Assembly (NCBI GenBank): GCA_973895155.1
Contig: OZ316893.1
Coordinates: 23,086,015 to 23,150,014, forward strand
DNA: 64,000 nt
Direction of reading: 5' to 3'
Origin: Marsupella aquatica
Taxonomy: Eukaryota; Plantae; Marchantiophyta
The notes below the pieces were generated by a model. It searched no databases. It was given only the letters and a program-made list of their open reading frames with translations, and was not told the DNA's origin. Shown here piece after piece: positions 38,692 through 49,761 of the stretch. Both the position numbers and the translations under genes were made by a program. Every line of letters begins with the position of its first letter. Within the stretch, counting starts at the first letter, position 1.

Positions 38692-39639
38692 AGACCAAAC
38701 CTGCTCCGCGAATTCGCTCTAAGCCCTAAAATCGATCCAGGCAACCTTCCAACTCGACAACAGTCGTCGAATTTGTCCTCTTTTCCCTCTAGCGAGCGCC
38801 GACGAGCCCTGCAGGTATCACCGAATCGAATTCAGTCCCTAACAGTACCCTCCAGACAGCCAAAAACTCCGACCCGAGGTGCGATTTCCTCCTTCCGCGC
38901 TACCGATGCCAATCCTCTCATCGACGTCGAGGCGTCCGACGCAAATGAAACGATCCGCAGCTGCTCAGTGCCGATGCTTCCAACACACGTTATCAGAAAA
39001 CGGAAGTCCTTGAGACCTATTCCACCATTCCATGATTGGAAAGGCACATGACCCTCGTGCCCGGTTGAAAGACCATCAGAACACCCGTTGCAACATCGAT
39101 AGCAGCCTCGCCGCTTCCCCCTCGACAGATCGACACTCCCTCCTCTCTTCTTCGCCGAGACGACCACACCGAATGGCCAGTCCTCTGCACTGGTCCTCCC
39201 ACGGCCGTAAAGCCTGCCTCCGGCCCTGCTCGCCTGCCCGCCCGCTGCCAATCCACCACACAACAACAATTCACCAAAAGCACATGACAATCGTCCTGTC
39301 CCGCTCCAATCAAGCGACAGACACACTCTACCGTGTCCTCCTCTTTCGACGATTCTCTTCCCCGACGAACCAACGCCGTCTCCGACTGCTCCTCCGCCGA
39401 TTATCTCTCCCGATTGACGGATTGATTGATTGATTGGTGGATTGATTCTCCCCGCTCTCTAATAACAAGGTCTTCCTCCCCAGCAAATTTCCGGAACCCT
39501 TCCCGTCTCACCTTCTTTTTCTTCTACTTTCTTCCGTTGTCCGCGTCGTCCGTGGATAGCGTGCCCGACCGCCCAACCCCGTCCGTCGCTCTAAACTACG
39601 ACTACTGGTCTAAAAGTCCGCCACCATCATAATAAGAAG

Positions 39640-39925
39640 ATCGTGCCCTCCTCCTCCCTCTCTCTCTCCGTCTCCTTTCTCAGCACCGCCTCCTCTCCGC
39701 TCCTCTTCTCTCGTCTCCTCTTCTCTCCTCTCCTCTCCTATTGGCAAAACTTCGCAACACCTTCTTCGGTCTCTTTCTTCGGTGCGAGAGGCCGGTCGGG
39801 TCTTCGCAATCCGCAGAGGCAGACGCAGAGGCAGAGGCAGCAGCAGAAGAAGGCGACGACGAAGAGGAGACGAATGGAGAGGAGAGGAGAGGGGGGACGA
39901 GAAAAGAAAAGAAAAGAAAAGAAAG
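39640..39925. repeat. CT/GA-rich microsatellite tracts in the CUL1 5' leader/promoter region
   Basis: (tc)n, (ctcct)n, (gagag)n and (aaaag)n tracts lie upstream of the CUL1 start. Confidence 0.6.
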
Positions 39926-41169
39926 TAAAGGAGGGCACTCAGTCCAACCCTGCCCCGCCACCTTCCTTGCTTTTTACCGCATCAAAAAAAAATCAAAAAT
40001 CAAAATGGCTCATTTATAATGGTCATATACTCCCTCTCTCCTCTGGCCCTCTCCTCTCCTCTTCCTCACCTCTCAACCCAACCCAAACCTGACCGGGCTC
40101 TACCCTGGTGAGGGTGACCGTGCAGTGTAACTGGGGTCAGGTCTGGGGTATTGGAGGGTCAATGGGAGGCATGTGAAGGAGCTTGCTGATGATGTAAAGA
40201 AAAATACACAAAAAAATATTATACATGAGGGAAAAGGGAAAACATAGAGTTGTTTTTAAAAAGTTTTAGTGTTTATTTTGGCACTAATCAAGGGTCCCAA
40301 TATGACCATAGAAAAATCTAATGATCATAGCTTTTACTAATTGGTCTCCCAACCCAACCCTATCCTACCCTACCGTGGTGAGGATAACCCTGCCCAGGAC
40401 CTGGGGTCAGGTATGAGGTACTCTAGGGCGAATGGGAGACAGTGTTTCTTTCCTTCGTGAAATTCAGAACAATTGCTGGTACCATGTAAAGGGGCTTGTG
40501 AATTGGTACAAAAAGTGGCAAATATCACCCTTTGACATACTAATAGACACCTTCATTAAATTTTCTTAAAGTAGTTTCCAAATTCCAACTCTCAGATATC
40601 CCTAGATTGAAGGTTATGACCGATGGGGTCGGTAACCAGTGGGATTGTGGCGAATACGTTTTAGTCGGGATTAGCGAATGGACATTGACCCTCGAGGGCC
40701 TTTGCCCGCTAAGGACACAGAGGAGCAGGCAAACGTTCGACTACAGTACTCAGTGCTCAGGCAATAAAGTCGCATGGATTTAAATCATATCTAACGGCTG
40801 TGCCAGTTTCCTTCAAATCCGTAGGGAGAACTGGCCGTAGATATTCTTCGACGACGATGACGGACTGCGAGTGACAGATGACTGTAAACTGACGTCAGGA
40901 GCCCGACGGTGAACCGCGCCGATGGGACGCAACCCAACCCAGGTCGGGGGTGAACGGGACAGCTGGAGCTCACTAAGAGGGTGGAGGAGGATAGTCCCAT
41001 GAAACCGAGGCGTTAGTCAAACTTGAAGCGTGGTCAAGAAATGACGAGGGCAAAGTCCTATGTGACAAAATGACTCATAGTGGAAGGCGTCCTATTGAAA
41101 TCAGAGAAGATTCCACTTCACATCTGCTTTACTGACCCTAGTGCCTTCATATGTTAGGAGTAAAATTAA

Positions 41170-42450
41170 TTACTATAATACAAGGTTGCGCCATTTTATA
41201 GAGTGGTCGTCTTTCAAATTTGCAGTGTACTTTAAATGACAAACATAAAACATGTAAGGAAAGATAAGGAATAAAGCAAAAAGAACATTTAATTTAGTGT
41301 GAATGAAAATGAAGGGCACGGTTTCCAAGCAAGAAGAGATCACACAAGACAAAGAAAATGAGGAGTGACTATCAATGCACTAGACTTCACTTTACAAACT
41401 CAATAAAAAAAATGTGAATTAATAGTAACCCTTTACTAAAACTTTATTCTCCTGACCCTTTTAAATCTCAATTGCCTTCTGCCCAAACCTGACCAACATG
41501 AAAATTTAATTAAAATTAATTAATTACTAAAATTGGATATTAATTTTAAAGTTTTGGAAAAACTTGAATATAAATAATTTATATTTATATTTATTTATTT
41601 CAATGTTTAAAACAAAACAAAAAATTATCCCTATCACTTGGTTGTGCTTGGACCTGCAAGCACTCGACATTATCTCAGTCTCCAATTTCTATGTGCAACG
41701 CACTATTTTTTGAACATCACCACAACTTTACCTTACCTTGATACCTTTACTCATCTTGCTATTTTTTTCTCACATTGACATCTTTATTTCATCACAACCA
41801 TTTTTTCTCACCCTCAACATTTTTTCTCTCCTCTACATCTTTTACTCATCTTTACGTCTTTTTTAAACCTCACCATTTTTTTTCACCTCAACCTCTTACC
41901 TTTTTCTCACCTTGGCATATATATGCATCTCACCGTAACTTACATCGTTCCCTCACCTCAACATTTTTTCTCTCCCTCGCATCTTTTTCTCATCTTTAAA
42001 TCTTTTCCTCGCCTTGACATCTCTTTCTCTCATGAATTTCTTTTCACATTGACTTTTTTTTCTCACCTTGACATCTCTTTCTCTCATTCACATCTCTTTC
42101 ACCTTGACATCTTTTATGCAACACATGGGCATTGGGTTGTATAGAATAAAACAATAACTACCCAAAACTTGAGATGTAACCCTCATTTTCTCAGAGAAAA
42201 GACAGCCAAGCCATTTCATTGCCCCAAGGGGTCTTGGCATTGGGGTGACCAAAGCCAAGACAATAAACTTCATGACATCTTGGGCAACACAACATCTTTT
42301 TTCTCCATGACATTTTGGGCGACACAACATGTTTTTCCTTCATGACATATTTTCTCTTCACGACATCTTGGGCGACATGATATCTTTTCTCTTCACAACA
42401 TCTTGAGCGACATGACATCTTTTGTGCAACGCACGGGTATTGAGCTTGTT
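41170..42450 (+). mobile_element. Non-autonomous Helitron-like element, copy 1
   Basis: Colinear with 56270-57274 (tataatacaagg, agtggtcgtctt, cacggtttccaagcaaga, gtctccaa.tt.ta.gtgcaac, a long ttgacatct/ttttctc tract). It ends in acatcttttgtgcaacgcacgggtattgagcttgt, a Helitron-type 3' hairpin plus degenerate CTAG. A second decayed terminus (ttttatgcaacacatgggcattgggttgt) lies at about 42112-42140. Confidence 0.6.
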
Positions 42451-44113
42451 CCGAAAATAAAGCCTGGGGGAGTGGTGGGTTTGCTCTGCGGCCCAGATAC
42501 TAGACTCTCAATGCTGGGATGGAATGCAGTCCATGGGGATGGGCGCGGACACGGTCTAGGTGCATGCAGGCTTCATTTTCAAAACATATCAGGGTGTCTC
42601 AAACCTCTGAGGTTTTCTTCCGGTGAATTGTCGATGTTGTTTTCAGGGAAATAAAGTGGGGGACACAAAAAAAAACAATTGTCTGCACACTTGTGACTGC
42701 AGACCAAAACTGGTACTTTTGGGCCAGGGATCTTTTAACGAACCTAAAGATTTGAGTTGCCTTACTATAGAGAGTTTATTCACTGCTGGATCACCATACT
42801 TGGAAATCTAAGCCTAGATGAAGCTGGCTCTGAAGCTTGGGTAGACTGACCAAACTTGGATGGACTAACAACTGAAATTTTTTGGATAACACTACTACAG
42901 TTCCATAGCTAAAATGTCCTGTAAGTGAAGCAGAGACCGCTTGCAAAGGTTTTGTTTGCTTACTCCTGCTACTCCATCAAGACAACCATTGATGCCATAA
43001 CATTGGGTGACAGCAAGTGAAGATCAGTTTAGGGAGCCCAGATGTGACTTCCCTTTTTCTGCAAAGTACAAATCCTTGTGTTTTCTTTGTCTCTATTTGT
43101 TTAGTCCTCAAGATTCATTAATTGAGCCCTGGCTGGTGTGTGTTAGTGAAGACTTGAGTGCTCAGTCAGGTCAAGGTAGGGCTAGTGCTTTATCAGTATA
43201 ATCAGATAACACAAAATCTGGTCCAAAAATTGGGTTATTCAAGAAAATTCTAGCAAAATAACTCCTGGACTAAAATCAGCGGCAATCCCCCGGACATCAT
43301 TCAGTGGGCTCATTGACATGATCCAACCAAATAAGCAGGAAAAATGACCCTGAAAATGCCTATATCTTTGGTGACTACAAAATGTGTGGATGATGCTTCC
43401 AGTATGGTTGGACTCCAGTGTTCTTGCCCATTTAGCAGATAACTGAAATGTGAATCGAGGTCATTCCTGAAACATTTGCAAAAGCCAAAATCAACTACTA
43501 TGAGAGCTCTTGAGTTGGAATAAAAGTTAGCAAGGTAGTGACAATTTTTGCTTGAGTTTGGTATGACAACTAGAAGCCCTGGGACGGAACTAAGGTACTT
43601 GTCCATGGCAAGCAGGGTGGTTCTTTTCCCCGTCCTGATCCAATGTCACTTATCATTGTCTTTTGACTTGGAGCTTCAATCTCAGCCCATGCTCTTGTTT
43701 GTTGGGGGGGTGGAGGGGGGGTAAGCAAGGGGAGAAGGCCACACAGCTCATTTAATTTTTGCTCTCACTGGCTTTTGCCTTTAGTGCTACACAGTTTGTT
43801 TGGACACTATTGAGGTTTGTGGGGTTTCAATGAGTTGCACTTGGAAGAGATTTTGGCATTTTTTATCTCTACAATTGCCTTAATTCCTTTGAGCTTTGTC
43901 GTGACATATAGTATCGTAGCCATAGTGTATCGAAAACATACAAGTCACCAGCAATGCATATGTGCAAGCTGCTAGCAACCAACATGCATATAGAAAAAGT
44001 CCAATCACATTCACAAGTGCCAAGAAAAAGCAACTGAGGTGGTATGTACGTAGTGGAGGTGTAAACCTCTATATCCCCCCCAGACCACAGCCAAAAGGAG
44101 GGCTGAAGAAAAG

Positions 44114-44275
44114 TCAGGTAGCACAGAAAGGGCAAAACCATAACCCTTCTGGCACCTGGGTAAGTTCAGGCCGAAGGCAGAAAAGATGGTACCCTCCATT
44201 GCAATTATCACACAGCAGCATCTGGTCAGCATCGTCAATTCGCAAACACACTTTGCAAGGGTAGTCCACAGGTGG
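44114..44275 (-). pseudogene. PHD finger at the integrase C-terminus
   Basis: CKVC...MLLCDNCNGGYHLFCLRPELTQVPEGLWFCPFC is a C4-H-C3 PHD with the conserved Trp. It is in frame with integrase across a single TGA at 44396. Confidence 0.9.
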
Positions 44276-44395
44276 AATCCAGGTAGAAGTCACAATAGTG
44301 GGATCCAAGTTAGGCAGATGACAAGGAGCACAATTCTTGGCATTGTTAGCAATTGTGTGCCCATCTGCCCCTTGTAACTCTAGCACTCCAGACGG

Positions 44396-47275
44396 TCAAA
44401 TAGCTTTAACCCTGAGAATAGTATGACTGGTAGAGGTGTCCAGGGTGTCGTTAGCTTGCCGCTGCAAGTACACAAAATCTCCCACATCAAACTTCCTGAC
44501 CTTGGGCTGAAAAGTGCCCCCTCGTGTGTGTGCATAACGCAGTGTGTCCCTGTGCTGTGCAATGGCCAAATTCTCCATGGCCATGGGCATAACCCTCCTG
44601 AATAGGGCAGCCCTCTCAGAGATCACATCAGACCAAGTCACAGCTGAATCCAAGTCCACCACCTGAAGCATGTGAGCAGCAATAGCAGAAGGTGGAACTG
44701 GGTGATGACCAAACAACAAGAAGTAGGGAGAAAAGTTAGACAGTGATGCATGTATGGACATCCTATACCCCATGGCAATGTAGGGTAAGGCCAGGTCCCA
44801 ATCCTCCTTGTTTTTGGTGAGGCAGATCTTCCGGAGGCCCTTCTTGCATGTCTGAACCATGCGCTCTGCCAAGCCATCTGCCTGTGGGTGATCTCGTGAT
44901 GTCCGGCGATGATCAATGAGGGCCTGATCAAGCAGCTCCTGGAACTCTCCTCTGAATTCTGATCCCTGGTCAGTGAGACATTCTGCACAAGCTCCAAAGC
45001 GGCTGAGAACTTGTTGAAGGAATGTCTGGCTGGTGCTACGGGAGGTCTTATCTGGCAATGCCACAAGTTCTATCCACTTGGAGAAATGCTCTATCATGAT
45101 CATGATGTAGAGATTACCCCGAGATGTGAGGGGTAATTCTCCAGCCAAATCACATGACCAACGATAAAACATGCCCTGAATAGGGAGTGGATGAAGTGTG
45201 GGTTGCCGAGATGTGAAAGAAGTCCTTACCCTATCACACTGTTCACACCGGACAATAACATCTCGAACCTGGCCATGCATGCCTCTCCAATGATAATGAG
45301 GGACCAAGAGGCTGTAAGTCCTCTTAACGCCAAAATGACCAAGCTCAGAATGTACCTTATGGATAAGGTCAAACCTCTCATGAATGGGTGGAACCACCAC
45401 TTCCCTGTTTGGCAAGCAGTGCACGAGATGATCTCCCTTCCACAAGTAACGCTTGGACCTTTGCTGAATTCGGTCTCTCTGGGTTGCAGTAACATGTATG
45501 GGGTACTCCCCATGCTGCAAAAATCTCAGAGTGTCGTTGTCCTCCCATATGTCCACCACAGGTTGGTCAACAACATAGCATGGCAGCAAAGCAAGATAGG
45601 TAGATGCATGAAATGTAGGCAGGATGGAAACCTGGTCAAAATCCTGCCGTGCATCTGAGGAATCATCAGAGGCAATCAAAGGGCTACGGGACATAGTGTC
45701 AGCATTTTGATGTGTCACACCAGGCCTATGAATTACCTCAAAATCATACTCCTGGAGTATGAGCGCCCAACGAGCAAGCTTGCCAGTAAGCTTGTCGTTG
45801 GTCATCAACCACTTCAAGGGCTGGTGGTCGGTGTAGAGAACAAACCTGGTCCCATAGAGGTAGGGCTTGTAATGTATGATAGCCCACACAACAGCAAGGC
45901 ATTCACCCTCATAAGAAGAATAATGACTCTCTGCCTGATTGTTGCTCCTGGATGCATAGGCAATGACGTACTCTTTACCTTCCTCATCATGCTTGCCCAG
46001 AATGGCACCAATCCCAGGGGCACTCCAATCTGTGTGTAGCACAAAGACCTTGCTGAAATCAGGTCTTCTCAGCACCTGGTATTCTGAGAGCTTCTCCTTC
46101 AAAGTGGCAAATGCTGCCTCAGCATCTGTACTCCATGTCCAAGTCACATTCTTTTTCAACAAAGAGTACAATGGGTGTGCAATGGTACTGAAATCTTTTA
46201 TGTAGATCCGGTAGTAATTGCACAGCCCAATAAAGCTCCTAAGAGTGTGAACATCAGTAGGAGTGGGCATTTCCAAGATGGATACCACCTTGGCCCAGTG
46301 AGCCATGGTTCCATTTGGAAGAATGCGGTGCCCAAGGTATACTACTGATCTGACAGCAAATTCACACTTCTTGGGGTGTATCTTTAGGTTCACCTTCTTA
46401 AGCCTCACGAATAGCTCTGCAAGGTCAAGTAGATGCTGGTCAAATCCTTTGCTGTGGACCAACACATCATCAATGTAGCATTTCAGAAAATCAGCACCTT
46501 GAAGAACCTGGTCCATGACTCTTTGAAAGAATATGGGCGCATTCTTCAAGCCAAATGGCATCACCAACCACTCCCATAGTTGGTTACTACCATGGAAAGT
46601 TGTTTTCTTACGGTCCTTTGCAAGCAGCAAAATCTGGTTAAAGCCTTGCCTTAGATCCACAAGAGTGAAGATGTCTGAGTCTCCAATGCTGTCAAATAGC
46701 TCCTCAGGCCGTGGCATGGGGTACCTGTCCTGGGGTGTGACCAGGTTCAGTGGCCTGTAGTCCTCACACATGCGCTTTTCTGTCCACAATCCATTGGAAT
46801 CCTTCTTTGCTGGCATCACTGTAGCTGCTGCAAAATCTGATGTAGATGGTTGAATAAGACCAGCTTCATAGAGCTCTTGGCACCTCTCATCCACCAGCTG
46901 CCACTCATGCTTACTCAAACGGTGTCTCCGCCTGAAGATAGGTGTTTCATCAGCCAACTCAATGGAGAACTGCATAGTCTTGCACTTACCCAAGTCCTTC
47001 ATAGAGAAAGCAAACACGTTCTCATGCTTGAGGAGCAAATTCAGCAGCTGGTCCTTCTGTCTTTTACTCAGGTGGTTGCCCATGATGAATGTGTAGTTGG
47101 CAACACTGGGAATAGGACCTGATGTACTTGTGCTTGAAGAGCTAGAAGTGCTAGCCTCTCCACTGTCCAAGCTGCTAGCATGCTGCTGATAAGGTGATGA
47201 GGCCTCTCCAAGGCCTGTTGTACCTGCTGATCTAAATTGGTCCACACCATGAAACTCAGAAATAATGTCAGCCAC
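44396..47275 (-). CDS. pol: Retrotransposon Pol: reverse transcriptase, RNase H, integrase (959-aa open segment)
   Basis: RT: RMCEDYRPLN, DLRQGFNQI, VMPFGLKNAP, YIDDVL. RNase H: LHTDWS, YSSYEGECLAVVWAI, YTDHQPL. Integrase: HSELGHFG...CEQC, WSCDL, LTDQGSEF, ADGLAERMVQ. Confidence 0.95.
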   Translation of the reverse strand: MADIISEFHGVDQFRSAGTTGLGEASSPYQQHASSLDSGEASTSSSSSTSTSGPIPSVANYTFIMGNHLSKRQKDQLLNLLLKHENVFAFSMKDLGKCKTMQFSIELADETPIFRRRHRLSKHEWQLVDERCQELYEAGLIQPSTSDFAAATVMPAKKDSNGLWTEKRMCEDYRPLNLVTPQDRYPMPRPEELFDSIGDSDIFTLVDLRQGFNQILLLAKDRKKTTFHGSNQLWEWLVMPFGLKNAPIFFQRVMDQVLQGADFLKCYIDDVLVHSKGFDQHLLDLAELFVRLKKVNLKIHPKKCEFAVRSVVYLGHRILPNGTMAHWAKVVSILEMPTPTDVHTLRSFIGLCNYYRIYIKDFSTIAHPLYSLLKKNVTWTWSTDAEAAFATLKEKLSEYQVLRRPDFSKVFVLHTDWSAPGIGAILGKHDEEGKEYVIAYASRSNNQAESHYSSYEGECLAVVWAIIHYKPYLYGTRFVLYTDHQPLKWLMTNDKLTGKLARWALILQEYDFEVIHRPGVTHQNADTMSRSPLIASDDSSDARQDFDQVSILPTFHASTYLALLPCYVVDQPVVDIWEDNDTLRFLQHGEYPIHVTATQRDRIQQRSKRYLWKGDHLVHCLPNREVVVPPIHERFDLIHKVHSELGHFGVKRTYSLLVPHYHWRGMHGQVRDVIVRCEQCDRVRTSFTSRQPTLHPLPIQGMFYRWSCDLAGELPLTSRGNLYIMIMIEHFSKWIELVALPDKTSRSTSQTFLQQVLSRFGACAECLTDQGSEFRGEFQELLDQALIDHRRTSRDHPQADGLAERMVQTCKKGLRKICLTKNKEDWDLALPYIAMGYRMSIHASLSNFSPYFLLFGHHPVPPSAIAAHMLQVVDLDSAVTWSDVISERAALFRRVMPMAMENLAIAQHRDTLRYAHTRGGTFQPKVRKFDVGDFVYLQRQANDTLDTSTSHTILRVKAI

Positions 47276-47429
47276 GTTACAAGGAACCTCCTCCCCCCAA
47301 CACTTGGACTGAAGCGGTGAGTGTTAAATAGAGGTAAGTGCACCTGGTCTGGATGCCATGTAGCAGCACCATGGAGTGGTAGGGCTGGAACTCCTGATGC
47401 TGGATGAATGTACATCTGAAAAAGGATGC

Positions 47430-48380
47430 AAGTGACCAGAAGCCAAGTGAGAGCATTGAGATCCATTACCCTCCCAAGTAAAGCATTCCTGGCCAGCCTG
47501 GTGATTTTGGTGTGACCTGTAGTACCGGGTTGGAAGCCCATAGCCCGTTCTCTCTCCTCAGGACTAGGTTCATCCCATGTATCGGTAGAATATCAATAAA
47601 CCAGGCCAGGACCATCACCCTGAAAAGCATGTGCACCTGGAAAGGACACAAATGTAGGCCAAGCAGCATGGGGCTGTCCAATGGTATTAGCTGGATACCA
47701 AGGTATTGGCTCTTGCCGTGTAACTGGTTGGCAAGAACTGTCAGGATCCAAAATCTGGTCCACTGTGAGGTTGGTGTCCCTGGATGTGTGGTGAAGAGCT
47801 AACTCCAACAAGGAAGGTGGTGCAAGGTTAGTCCAAAAGTTACGAAGACGATGTGCATAAGAACCACAGTGCACTGCATCAATGAGAAGGGGTGGTCCCA
47901 AGTAGTGTTGCACCACACTGAAATCCTCTTTGACCTGTGGACGCTGGTCAAACTGAGATGGAGTATTCCCAATGATATAACCAACAACAGGATAAAAGGA
48001 TTGAGCCCAGGTGAGAATCTGAACCAATGCTGTGAAAAGGCCAGAACAAAAATCATGCAGTCCAGCACCGTGACCAGCAACTGAAAACCCTTGGCATTCC
48101 CAACCAGCTATGATCAAATCAAGGGAGCCAAGAAGGGTTAAGTGCCAGTGCTGGACAAGCTGGATATCTGGAGGAAAGAAAGAAAATGCAGACTTCCAGG
48201 CACTGTGTGGAAACTGCTGGGGAAATTGCTCTGAAAATTCCAGCAGACGGGATTCAGCCACTTGCCTTGCACCTGGATCAATGTCCATGTAGATGTACTG
48301 CTTCACCACCATGCCTGACTGTAGGAGAGCTTCCAGGCCTGTAGAAATGCCACCAAAAAGTTCAAGCAATGTAAGGCCAT
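47430..48380 (-). pseudogene. DNMT3-like C5 cytosine DNA methyltransferase domain within the retrotransposon polyprotein
   Basis: Ordered C5-MTase motifs: I LLELFGGISTGLEAL, II YIYMDID, III DIQLV, IV LDLIIAGWECQGFSVAG, VI YIIGNT (ENx variant), VIII SYAHRLRNFWTNL. After the in-frame TGA at 47593 come IX-X, EERERAMGF...TRLARNALLGRVMDLNALTWLL. Confidence 0.9.
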
Positions 48381-48689
48381 CCGGAGGAGGAGTCCATGTA
48401 ACTGGTGCGCTCAAGATTGGGGCTATTGGCTGTCCATTGTGCTGCCCAAGGTCTTCAAACTTGCGCAATGCAGCCACCAAAGGTCCATGGGCTACTTGGA
48501 GCCGTTGTACCACTTCTGGTTGATGATCCACGTTGCTGGAAAGTGCTGCTATACGTGCAGCAGCATGTGCAGCAGCCACCTCATCGTCATCCTCCTCAAT
48601 CCAATCCTGCAATGGGTGGTTGACATAGGTCGTTGTGTGCACTTCTTTCAACACACAGTGGTGAGCCATAGGTGTATGGGCACCATGCT

Positions 48690-49120
48690 AATCAAGGGGA
48701 ATGTAGCCCAAGTGTGAGCCATCAGTATGCCAATCAACTCTGTAGTATGCATGCTCATGCTAGTTGTCAATGGTAAAACCTGGTGGGAACAAAGCCTCCT
48801 GGCCAATGAGCACATCATACGTAGTGGCATTGGTAACCAAACATCTGACTGGGAAATGCAGTTCCTAATCTATACCTCCATTAAAAGTGAGAGTGAGTAA
48901 AGTAGAACTCGCACCCAACACGTCCTCCACGGTGCCACTAGCAGTCCGAATGTACCACCTAGATTGTTGTAAATGATCAGTCAATAGTCCCATCTTCTTG
49001 GCAAACTGAATGCCCAAGATCACTGGTTGAGCGCCTGTGTCTAGCATGACCACCTGAGGAGTGTGGCCCTCCAACTTGACCGCTGAATTCCTGTTGTCAA
49101 CAATGGCAATGGTGGTGGAA
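48690..49120 (-). pseudogene. Retroviral-type aspartic protease domain
   Basis: Catalytic VMLDTGAQPVILG, flap-like IRTASG and, after the stop at 48865, CLVTNATTYDVLIGQEAL. Confidence 0.8.
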
Positions 49121-49761
49121 ACTGAAGTCTTGTCGCTAGGCACCACTTTTGGCAAATGATGAGGTACCTTGTGAAGGGAGTTAGTATCCACGGTCTTTCC
49201 ACTCAACAGCATAGTCAGGAAAGATGGAGCAGCATGACCAGAATCCAGTGTAGCTCTGGTCACACAATCTGCAGCAATACTGTCATCTCTACCACTAGAA
49301 ATTGGTACTGGGATAGCCAAACCAGTGGAAGCATGCAATGGAGAAGAAGAAAGTCCAGTATGTACATGAGATTGGACCTCCAAAACCGGTGTCACAGGGG
49401 CTGATGAAGAATGCAATGAGCCCTCTAGCGCTCTCATGACAGCTCTAGCATCCAGTTGTAAATCATGGCAACTGAAAAGTGGAGTTGTAAGGATCCTTTG
49501 TGCCATACCGGAGGTGAAATGCTCAAGCAGCTCAGGAGAAACAACTCCCTATGAAATGTCAGCAGCACCTGGTGGTGGAATGGATGTAGCTGCAGCTCCC
49601 TCCCCCCTCGCCAACAAGGTGCGCTCTTCAGCAAGTGTGAGTGGCTGAAAAGATTGGGGCAAGACAGCCCGAGCTCCCCTGGCTCTAGTCATAGGACCGA
49701 CAGCAAGACCATCAACTTGTACAATGCGGCGTGTGGGAGCAATACGGGAGGCTGCACTAGC

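Noticed and set aside
38773-40092. Cluster of 60-165 aa ORFs upstream of CUL1
   Set aside because: Products are low-complexity translations of microsatellite-rich 5' UTR, intron and promoter sequence.
47593-48669. Methyltransferase as a bacterial restriction-modification gene or a host DNMT3/DRM gene
   Set aside because: It is intronless, in frame with the retroelement protease and Gag, and shares their decay pattern. No restriction enzyme, UBA or PWWP domain is nearby.
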